From positions 24,676,001 through 24,740,000 of the forward strand of contig OX597836.1 in the NCBI GenBank assembly GCA_951406725.2: 64,000 bases of DNA, given 5' to 3'. The first letter of the stretch is position 1. Each line of letters starts with the position of its first letter. The DNA is from Octopus vulgaris (taxonomy: Eukaryota). The position numbers were made by a program, and so were the translations under genes. The notes under the pieces are model-generated. The model was given only the letters and a program-made list of their open reading frames with translations. It did not search any database and was not told the DNA's origin. Shown piece after piece: positions 13,538 through 24,571 of this stretch.

Positions 13538-13915
13538 AAATGAAAGAAGGGAGTTGAACGACGATTTAACAAAATTCCTTTATTCTCGACATATGTTTCG
13601 AAGGCTGCATATTCCTAATTTCGAAGGAATAAGGAGTACATTATGCCACCTTCTCATCAGGAAAAACAAGGAACTTATGTCAACATCAAGATGAACAAAA
13701 ACTTTTAGATGACTGCCCACACGGAGCCCATAGGAATTTTGTTAAATAGTCGTTCAACTCCATTCTTTCATTTATTTGTATTGAAAAAACACACAAATTT
13801 CCACACGAAAGCACGTGATTTCTGCCCTTGGCATGTAGCTTCAACCGTGTTTTTCTGACGTGAATTTGCTACCCAGGTATCGGTTAACCGAATTATCCAT
13901 ACTAAGATAATTCAT
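13538..13915 (-). mobile_element. Penelope-like pLTR remnant with an internal inverted repeat enclosing the ribozyme, between TA microsatellites
   Basis: About 13538-13579 (aaatgaaagaagggagttgaacgacgatttaacaaaattcct) is the inverted repeat of about 13732-13773. About 13735-13910 is the reverse complement of about 20735-20910. Confidence 0.65.
13577..13671 (-). ncRNA. Type I hammerhead ribozyme, Penelope-type, canonical core
   Basis: Minus strand: ccttgtttttc-CTGATGA-gaaggtggcata...tatgcagccttc-GAAA-catatg-TC-gagaataaagg. Stem I, a long stem II and a palindromic minimal stem III are present. Predicted GUC cleavage between 13588 and 13587. Confidence 0.85.
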
Positions 13916-13922
13916 TCAACTA

Positions 13923-13968
<46 letters not shown>

Positions 13969-14789
13969 AATTTCCCCTGATAAGAATAGAACTTGTGATG
14001 TTGTTTCCGCGGTTTTCATAAATGAATAAATAACAGGCGTGGTTTGGGATTGAGAAGCACTTGGGTGTACAGCTATAGTTGCAGTCTTTACTGCAAGCAA
14101 AATACACTGCACATCTATTTTTATTTGTTGTATTACTCAGAGAGAGGAAGGGATGCGTGCCATGGTCGGTGGCGACCCCTATTGTGTAACTGTGGTGGAT
14201 GGTTGAGGGTATTAACGAGGATATTGTTTTTGTTGGGGCGGGTTGTCAGCGATGGCCGCTTGTTTGTTTGAAACATGTGCTGAGAGAATGTGCTATTACT
14301 GATTGCTAGGAATGATACAAAAATGCATGTTGTTTTTGTTCACATACACATGTACATATATGCATACGTGCATACATAGATATTGTTTGATGTGGGTTGC
14401 TTTTATGTGAGAAAAGCATTTTTCTATTAATAAATTTAACTATTTAATTTCCACTAATAATTGTCTCATATTTAGCTTCAGTTTCTGTCGGAAATATAAA
14501 CAAATTCGTTATAAATAGATTGCAGAGTAACCGCTGGAGATTTGCTTCTTTTTTCGTTTCAGTTGTTTTTCTTAAAAAAAAAAAAAAATGTGATTCACCC
14601 GAGTTAAAGGAAATAAGAGTGAAAGTCAAAAACTGCTTCGTTAATATTGTGTGAGTGGATGAGTGGATAATAAATAAATAAGTTAAGAAATATAGGAAAC
14701 TGTTGAATTTAGGGATGAGGCAAGGAAATGCGCACAATCAAATGTGTGGATAATTATTATAAAAAAAAATATTAAAACTGACTAATAGT

Positions 14790-15195
14790 TAGATTAGTGG
14801 GTCAAAGAGGAAATACGACCAGCTATGTTTGTGGGCTGACGAAGACATTCTGACGTTTTGGTGGCATGTAAATAGATAAGGAAATACCGATTCTTTGGTC
14901 TGTGGGAAGAAAAGGAAATACCTAGAGCTATGTCTGTTGGTAAACAGAGGATATAGTTAATAAGCAGACGTCTGTGTAAACATGGAGATTGGTATGGCCA
15001 ATGCTGTGGTCTGAGAAGAGAATAAATTCGGTTAAAGCCGCGGATAGACAAGGAAACAGTGTGGGTTAAGTACGTGGTTGAAAAATAAATGCTTTTATGA
15101 AAATCTGTGGGTAAACAAAGAAATATCTACAACTATATTTGTAAGTGGATAAAGTAATAAATATCACTGAATTTCTGAGTAGATAAGTGAAATCT
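14790..15195. repeat. Degenerate array with a period of about 34 bp (about 12 units)
   Basis: GGAAATA-like motifs start at about 14809, 14843, 14880, 14914, 14949, 14984, 15018, 15052, 15085, 15119, 15153 and 15187. Approximate consensus tctgtgggtagacaaggaaata plus about 12 variable nt. Confidence 0.7.
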
Positions 15196-16473
15196 TTGAG
15201 ACTGTTATGATTTGCCATAATTACACCGATTCATGAACTCTGATAAGGAATAGAAATGTGTATAAAATTTCCCACTCTCTTTGACTGGATGATAGACAAA
15301 AACCACTCGAGTGAATTTAATATGGCTAATGTTGAATTTGAAATCTTTCAGCTGTGGGAAAAAATTGAGCAAGGATGGATTGCCGGACCAGGGAATAAAC
15401 CCTGCTAAGTTATAAATGATGGAAGTTAATTAAGTCAGGGTTTACAGACTGAGAGATGATGAGTTTAGACTAATTGGATAAAATCAGACATAGTCAGCTG
15501 CAAGAGTAAAGAAGGAATTCTAACATCTCGATATTTGAATAAACCAGCTTGAAGTATATTAACGCTAAATGTCTTAATACTAACACGAAGCATGTTAGAA
15601 CAATGATTGGCAGTGTTTTGGGAACTCTTGGAAAAGTAGTGCCTCATCACTAGGTTTACCATTCTGTCAGTCTGCTGTAAAAGTGACAACATGCTAAGGG
15701 AACACTGTCTCAGACTGTCACTTTTATGTTGCATTAGACATGTACCGCAGTACAAGTCTATGGATCGATCTATATCACATTCTGCTGGCCACTTCATCTC
15801 GCGTCGGTCCCAGAAAACCACATGGACAACAACGTGTACCATGCTTCCCTCGATAAACAAGACCATGTCCCACTCCTTGATCAAAGCAGCCTTTGATTTG
15901 CCATTAAAGGACATGTGAAAAACCTCTTCTATTCGTGAAGCAGATACGTCAACTTCCTCCATGGCTGCTATTAGACAAATTTCTCGGGTAGAGAGACACA
16001 GTGAGTCATAGGTGCTTCTCAGACTGGACATTGAGAAATCTAAAATTTCTTGTGTGGACACGACCTTAGCAAAGCTGCGATGTTTTGTTGTTTGTTTAGC
16101 AGATCAAAATCACACTCATTCTTATCAAAATCCACAGAAATATAATTTTTGCTTCTTCATAATAATGTGTGCTCTGTTTTGCAATATTTTTGCCTTTTCC
16201 TTCCTTTTTTTTTTTTTGTTTCTTTTATGTACAGCAGGCAAAGGTTTTTACTTGGAGGCAACGTTAACGTTTCTCGTTAAGTTAAAATATCCCTTTTTCT
16301 TTTCCAGTCTAGTCGAAAAAAATTCAACAAATTGCTTGCCTTTTTTCAAACAGTTCAAATGACTCGACAGAGAAATGGGGATTCAGATCAGAAAAAAAAA
16401 ATCTACAAAAAATAAAAAGTTTTTAAACAAGTCTTGCTACAGTAAAATTCACAGATAATAATGATTTCTAATA

Positions 16474-16535
<62 letters not shown>

Positions 16536-16567
16536 TCAATATTTTTATTTTCTTTTTCTAATTTTAG

Positions 16568-16857
16568 TGAGAAAGAAGAAATACTGGCGCAGTGCAGTGT
16601 TGTTAGTGTTAAGTTCTTGGAATTACTGCGATGAAAATACTCTTGGAGAAGCGGTACTTATCAAAGAGCATTCTGACGTCTATGTTCTTCTCATCGGACC
16701 GGAACCGGATTCTACCCAAATAGTTTGCTTCTCGAGCCTGGCATCGCAACCTATTCAAGACCACTACATCAGGCTCCCGGATTCGGAGACTCTAAATAAG
16801 TTCATTGCAAAAGTTCTTGTAGCCCAGTTCAAAAACACGTTCTGTTACAATCAATGA
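16568..16857 (+). CDS. Terminal coding exon of the same vWA-domain protein
   Basis: Polypyrimidine tract plus tttTAG acceptor (16566-16567). A(1371)+TG(16568-16569) keeps the frame. RSAVLLVLSS...EAVLIKEHSDVYVLLIG...LASQPIQDHYIRLPDSETLNKFI...FC matches the vWA C-terminal half. Stop TGA at 16855-16857; ATTAAA at 16901. Confidence 0.78.
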
Positions 16858-18533
16858 AGATGGCGACATCATCTCCGGCCAAAACGCTTGAAATCATAAC
16901 ATTAAACAGAGGTTTCTAAACATTTTGTTATTCTTCAGTAAAAAAAAAACTAAAGCTTCTATAAACTGGATTCTGCCGAACTGAAATATATCAATGTACA
17001 GCTTAATGTGTATTTGATGTTCTGCTCTTTTCTGTAGGTGTTAGACATTTAAGCAATGGTGGGCAGTTCATGAACTTCCTAAGGATTTTGCTAAAGACGA
17101 GACCAATTTTCATACAGTGTTTTATCGACTTATTTGATTATGATCTCTGATTAAGTCTACTTCCAGATCACTATCGAAGCCTTTCTTCCCATATTGGTTT
17201 TATTTGCTCCTTTTACGAGAGTTTATATTAATTATTATATTTCTGCTTTTTGTGTGACAAACCAACGACCTTCTCATTCAAGTCCCCGGCTTGACAAGAT
17301 TACAAGGTTTCGATTCTTGGTCGTTGCTATTGTTTATCTCTGGAGATAACTTTGGAAATGGAGGAAGGCAACAGCCTCATATCCTTCAATGTTTGCTCTG
17401 TTATATGTGAAAATTGAGTTTATTCCACAAACTATTGTACAGTTTTCTTCAGATTGTAACATATTAGCTTCAGTAAAGTTTGAAATCAAGACCATATTGC
17501 CAGTCGTTCAGTTTCTTAACAGAACGTTCATTTATCAACAACTCGCATACATATTCATAGACAAACATAGTTAACCCCTTAAAAAAAAAAAAATACTCCG
17601 CCGGTTACGACGACGAGGATCCCAGCTGATACGATCAACGGAACAGCTTGCTCGTGAAATTAACGTGCAAATGGCTGAGCATTCCACAGACACGTGTACC
17701 CTTAACGTAGTTCTCGGGGATAATCAGCGTGACACAGAGAGTGACAAGGCTGACCCTTTGAAATACGAGTACAACTCATTTTTGCCAGCTGAGTGGACTG
17801 GAGCAACGTGAAATAAAGTGACTTGCTCAAGGACACAACGCGTCGCCGGGAATCGAACTCACAACCTTACGATCATGAGCCGAATGCCCTAACCACTAAG
17901 CCACGCGCCCTCACAGTTAACCCCTACACTTATACATACATACAATGCTTCTTTTAACAGGATATTTGTGTTAAATTACTGCTTATTACAAATGACACGC
18001 GATGGCGGAATCGTTAGCGCATCAAGTAATAAAATGCTACAGAGGCATTTCTTCCGGCTCTTTACGTTCTGGGTTCAAATTCCGCCGACGTTGACTTTGC
18101 CTTTCACCCTTTCGGCGTCGATAACGTATGACCTAATAGAACTCGGCTGTTATCTCTACCATATCAAGCGAGCACGTAGATTCCTCCTCTTTAGTCCTTT
18201 ATTGTTAGTTGTTGCTGATAGAACACAAATGATAACAAAGTCGCTCCAGATATGATCCTCACACACAGACCATCTCTATTTTCTAATGTGTCCTTATAAA
18301 ACTTTAAGGTGTGTTTTTATACCCTCCAGTCACAAAAGAGCTCTATTATTATTATATGTTTGGCTTTTGCTTTGTATTTGTACAAGTTGACTCCAAGTCT
18401 CACCCAGAGACCTCACGAGACATCAAATTAGAAGTTCGAGTTCGTGCTAGGCCTAGGGTGCCATATATTTGGTTTTGCACAAAGTATAGTTCTAGAGAAT
18501 GCCTGTAAAAAACATAAGTATATTAGATTATTA

Positions 18534-18599
<66 letters not shown>

Positions 18600-20081
18600 T
18601 TGTTCAATCACTGCACTGTTCCATAAAAGGAAGATTTGTATTTCAGGTGTTATTTGAAGAGAGTGAGACTCCGAAAATATACCAGACTGAGGGATTCTTC
18701 TGTGAGAGGACTGTTAAATGTTTTCGAGTTGTTTTCTAAATATATTGCTGTATCCGGAATTTCCTAGAGTCGTTTTCTCTAGCATTTCTCTTGTGTTATT
18801 AAACTACTCGAAGGCAGCAATTCGGTTGAATCGTTTACGCACCAGACAAAACGCTTAGCGGCATTTCTTCCCGCTTTGCATTCTGAGTTCAAATACCGTG
18901 GTCTCCACCCTACCTCTCCTAGTTTCGGGGTCAATGAAATAAGTGCCAGTTGAGCCTCACCTATAAAATTTCAGGCCTTGTGCCTATAATAGAAAGGATT
19001 ATTAAACTACTCGACTTTAGAATCCATGCATTTAACACACTGTCACATTCACTTAAACTCCCTACAAAAATTGTTCCTTTACATAGATACATATACGCAC
19101 AAATACACACGCACACATATTTATGAATGTATGTATACTCTTTACTCTTTTACATGTTTTAGTCATTTGACTGCGGCTATGCTGGAGCACCGCCTTTAGT
19201 CGAGCAAATCGACCCCAGGACTTATTCTTTGTAAGCCCAGTACTTATTCTATCGGTCGCTTTTGCCGAACCGCTAAGTGACGGGGACGTAAACACACCAG
19301 CATCGGTTGTCAAGCAATGCTAGGGGGACAAACACATATACATACATACAAATACATATATATACATATATACGACAGGCTTCTTTCAGTTTCCGTCTAC
19401 CAAATCCACTCACAAGGCATTGGTCGGCCCGGGGCTATAGCAGAAGACACTTGCCCAAGATGCCACGCAGTGGGACTGAACCCGGAACCATGTGGTTGAT
19501 TAGCAAGCTACTTACCACACAGCCACTCCTATAAATGTGTATATATGTGTATATACGCATATGCATATAGCTAATATTTTTGGTTGCCATGAATCGGAAT
19601 AATATCTAGAAATATTTGAAAGCCTGTAATGGTCGAATAACCGATCGATTCATGCAATAGCTTTAAAAATAAAACCTAAAATGTTATTTTCTAAAACTGA
19701 ATCTCACAATCGATGTTATTTGTGGTCACAAGTTGGAATTTTCTATTAAGGAATTTCAAGATACCTAGCTGGTGGACATCGGACAACCTTGAATGATATT
19801 GTTAATAAGAAACAGAAAGAGTTATGGAGTTGCTAGTTAAGAAAACAATTATATTTCATGGGATACAACTAGGACTTATGCTAGGAGGTGCAATAAGCAA
19901 GAGTGCATTAGCCATGCACTCTTCCTTATTAAACAACTATTAGTGAGTTTCTGAGTAAAGATCAAACTATCAAACAGGTATCCGTTCATCTGGAGAAGGC
20001 CTTTAACAGGGTATTTTATTCTGTGGTCTGCTGATGATCGCTAAGTAAACTAGACGTGCATAGACAGACAGACAGACAGAC

Positions 20082-20152
<71 letters not shown>

Positions 20153-20250
20153 CAGATGAAGACAAGTGAGTTGACAAACGAAAGAAAGTGTTCCTCAACA
20201 CATTTGATTGGAGTTACATATATTGTTTAGTAACAGTTTCACCTCGCGCC

Positions 20251-20302
20251 ATATGGCTTAAAGTTTCACGGGCTCGTAAGATAAACCCATCTCATCAGAT
20301 AT
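20251..20302 (-). ncRNA. Degenerate hammerhead motif (GCC instead of GUC at the cleavage triplet)
   Basis: Minus strand: atat-CTGATGAG-atggg...cccgt-GAAAC-tttaa-GCC-atat. It overlaps a 28-bp perfect palindrome. Confidence 0.5.
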
Positions 20303-20674
20303 CTGATGAGATGGATTGTTTACTTTGATGTTGTTACTTGTAGTAATAAACTGACGGATTCCCAGGCAACATCTATATATTTAACGCTGTTGACACCACC
20401 GGATTGAATGGTACTGCCCAGGTGTCGAAACCATAGTGCTATCTGTTTGGCAGCGGATGATGAGGATACACATTTGTATTTGCTTGACTGTGAATTTCTT
20501 ATATCTTAGTCTCCATATTCTGAGTTGTCCTTCATTCTTGTAAAATGGAAAGTGTTTGTGGATTCATAGTCTTTGGGAATCACTTACATTGGTATTGGTT
20601 GGCTTTCTTCAAAGGGAATCTTATTAGGATTAGACAATGCTTATTGATGTCTAGTCTTGGGAAGTTTCTGTGAC

Positions 20675-20710
<36 letters not shown>

Positions 20711-20729
20711 AATAGGTGAATGTATTATC

Positions 20730-20966
20730 CTATGTTTATCGTCAGCATGGAAAATTCGTTTAACCGAAACCTCGGTAGCAAATTCACGTCAGAAACACGG
20801 TTGAAGCGACCTGTCCAAGAGTAGAAACTCCGGGTTCACGTGCAGAAATTTGTGTGTTGTATATGAATAAATGAAAGAATGGAGTCGAACGAAGATGTTA
20901 ACAAAATTCCTTTACTCTCGACATATGTTTCGAAGACAACATGTTTTCATTCCAAAGGAATAAAGG

Positions 20967-20970
<4 letters not shown>
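20730..20970 (-). mobile_element. Second, truncated copy of the same Penelope-like element
   Basis: Contains atgaaagaatggagtcgaacga...ctcgacatatgtttcgaag, the GAAAcatatGTC half of the ribozyme, and is cut by (TA)n at 20971. Confidence 0.6.
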
Positions 20971-21017
<47 letters not shown>

Positions 21018-21279
21018 GCAAATAATCAGAAAATGAAGGAAATCTCAGATTAACAATCACATCGATTGGACCACATTTAAAGCTTATTTTTTAATGTGTT
21101 TTCTCCATTTTCTGATTATTTGCATTGGTTCCTGATCAACTCTTGTTTATCCTGTTGTTACCTGCACTCTTCATGTATGGTGTGCCTGCACATCAATGCC
21201 CGGAGATAATACGGATAACTGATAGTATATACGGATAATTTATCCCTTTGTCGGTTATTTTAACCGCTAACTCTGTTGA

Positions 21280-21389
<110 letters not shown>

Positions 21390-21546
21390 ATACGTGTTTT
21401 CATGTGCTACTAACTGCTTCATATGTTTGAGATATTTCTCAACATCTGAAACTATTAGTAGCACATAAAAACATGCATTGTGTCTATTAAATAACATTTA
21501 TCTCTCACCAGATGGAGTACTTTTTGTTGTTGATCTTTATATATAG

Positions 21547-21588
<42 letters not shown>

Positions 21589-21753
21589 ATATATATATGT
21601 ATGTATATATATATGTATATATATATATACATATGCATATATATATATATATGTGTGTGTGTATGTATATATATATGTATATATATATATGTATGTATAT
21701 ATATATACATATATATATGTATATATATATACATATATATGTATATGTATATG

Positions 21754-21839
<86 letters not shown>

Positions 21840-21840
21840 T

Positions 21841-22020
21841 AAAGTTAATCCAAACAAGAAAACAAAAAGACAACAACGCAAGGATGTGGAACAAATAAAG
21901 TATTATTGGACGCTCAGGAAAGAAGGGAAGAAGGAGGGTTTGACGGTTCGGGCGGAGCTCTTCGTCGGAAACATAGGAGAAAGAAAGATCCCGAGACGGG
22001 AGGACAGAGGGAAAAAAATC
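21841..22020 (-). mobile_element. Short hammerhead-bearing element copy
   Basis: acaacaacgcaaggatgtggaacaaataaagtattattggacgctcaggaa is near-identical to the 27000-27050 region; follows a long (TA)n tract. Confidence 0.55.
21938..21972 (-). ncRNA. Degenerate minimal hammerhead motif
   Basis: Minus strand: gttt-CCGACGAA-gagc(tcc)gccc-GAACC-GTC-aaac. Stem I is intact and the core has substitutions; it occupies the same position in its element as the 11573 motif. Confidence 0.55.
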
Positions 22021-22787
22021 CTATCAGTGACTAATTTTCAGAGTTAATCTTATTTAAACCAACCCAAGTTGATCTTCTTCCCCAATTAGTGACAATGTTC
22101 AATTTTAATGCTGAAAATATGTCTGTGAGATTGACTGAGAGGACCTAGTATAAAAAAAATTAAACTGTGGACAGAAAATTCCTTAAAACTTGTTTTAACA
22201 CGTAATGTATGTTGGAGGAAGTTCTAACCTTGACAAATCTTTACTTTGTGTCCTTGACATTGCAGTCAAAACATCTCAAACGGCCATAATTCACTGCACA
22301 AAATAATTGCCACATCTACAAACACAAAACTTTAGTAGTACAGACACACAAAACTTTACGCAAACACACATATTCAAACTTAGAGAGCGCTTTCTAAATA
22401 TATATTCCTAGATAAACAGAGTCACTGGACTGTATGCAGACACGTACAAACAAAAGTCACTTTACACCCACATGCACGTGTAAATACATATACTAACAAA
22501 CGTATAGTTACACAAACAGCTGGATTCGTAATAGCAATAGTGATGGTAGTAGTAGTAGTAGTAGTAGTAGTAGGTCTTTCTACTAAAAGTACAATGTTGG
22601 GGAAGCGGTAAATTGATCACATCGACCCCACCCCAGTACTCAACTGGTACTTAATTTATCAACTCTGAAAGGATGGAAGGCGAAGTCGACCTCGGCGGAA
22701 TTTGAACTCAGAACGTAAAGACGAGTGAAATGCCGTTAAGTTTTTTCCTCGGTGTGCTAACGATTCTGCCAGCTCGCCGCCTTAATG

Positions 22788-22851
<64 letters not shown>

Positions 22852-23111
22852 TGATGATGATGATGATGATGATGATAACATTAATCCTTTCCACTAAAGG
22901 TACAAGGCCAGAAATTTGGCGGAGGGGACTAGGCGATTACATCGACCCCCAATGTTTCACTGGTACTCAATTTAACGACCACGAAATAATGAAAGGCAAA
23001 ATCGACCTCGGCGAAATTTGAACTCAGAACGTAGCGACGGGCGAAATACCACTAAGTATTTCGTCCAGCGTACTAACGATTCTACCAGCTCATCAATAAC
23101 AATAATACAAG

Positions 23112-23556
23112 CATACATACATGCATGCATACATACATACATACATACATACATACATACATACATGCATGCATACATACATACATACATACATGCATGC
23201 ATACATACATTCATACATACATACATACATATATACATACATGCATACATGCATGCATACATACATACATGCATACATGCATACATACATACATACATAC
23301 ATACATACATGCATACATGCATACATACATACATACATACATACATACATGCATACATGCATACATACATGCATACATACATGCATACATGCATACATAC
23401 ATACATACATGCATACATACATACATACATACATACATACATACATACATACATACATACATACATGCATACATGCATACAAGCATGCATGCATGCATGC
23501 ATACATACATACATACATACATACATACATACATACATACATACATACATACATGC
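23112..23556. repeat. Long (CATA/CATG)n microsatellite, representative of dozens of TA, CA, GATA, TAA, CATA, GAG, GGT and CTA tracts (e.g. 21540-21840, 32270-32610, 34464-34760, 58170-58645, 59117-59320, 61590-61998, 63360-63905)
   Basis: Seen directly; these tracts explain the low-complexity IYIY/HTHT/CVCV/YLSI ORFs. Confidence 0.97.
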
Positions 23557-24172
23557 ACTCACAGGTACACGAATACAAACTCATATATACACATATTTGC
23601 AGATGTATAGAGATGATGGAAGGTCAATGGATGGAATTGAATGACAGAGGGTGGGGCTGAGGGAGAGGAAAGGGAAGGAAGAGACAGAGTTAATAGAAAA
23701 TATCACCAAATCCCGAAAATTGGCTAAAATATATCAATTCATTCAAATCCATAAAGAAAAAGAGCACCGCTTTACTCTCATGATATATGTGGAATCTGAA
23801 AGAAGGATGAGTAAACCTTATCAGAATAAAATGTCTAGAATAGGAGAAGCAAAATGTACACGTGTTCACATGGGAGAAAATCTTGTCTTTATTTTCAAAA
23901 GCACATTTTCTCGGATATTTTTGGAATTACCAACAGTAGAGCAAGTGCAGGGTTCTTCCTTATTAACATGAGAAAAATGTCTAAGAAAGATTGCACCTGA
24001 AAACCAAACACACTCCCTCTAATACATGCACACACATACGTACACAAATACGTTACACATATATAAGGAATTATCTTTAAAACGATGACATATTCCATCA
24101 AACCGGAAGTACATATCCTGTGATATCCACAGCAATAAGTAAATAGTCGCATCATCTTCCAAATGATAATCT

Positions 24173-24230
<58 letters not shown>

Positions 24231-24511
24231 TTCCTTTATTTCTATTAATAATAATAATAATAATAATGCCTGACTTATTACACAGAGATTCACGTCTTGT
24301 ATATATAGTCACAAGAAACAGCAGCTGCGTACAATAAATATTTATACGCGCCATTGTACCTCTGGAATTTCTTTTGTTTGTGAAAGGTAAGTCAAATGCA
24401 TGTGTGCGCTTCTGCGTGCATGCATACACACACGCACACACACACACACACATACACATATATATATGTATGTATATATGTGTGAGTGTGTGTATATATG
24501 TGTATGTATGC

Positions 24512-24571
<60 letters not shown>

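Noticed and set aside
14790-15195. CRISPR interpretation of the repeat-spacer array
   Set aside because: Eukaryotic genome, degenerate repeats, spacers of only about 12 nt and no cas genes; kept only as a periodic array.
22972-23660. Long ORFs of [12 protein letters not shown] type throughout the window
   Set aside because: Stop-free translations of microsatellites.
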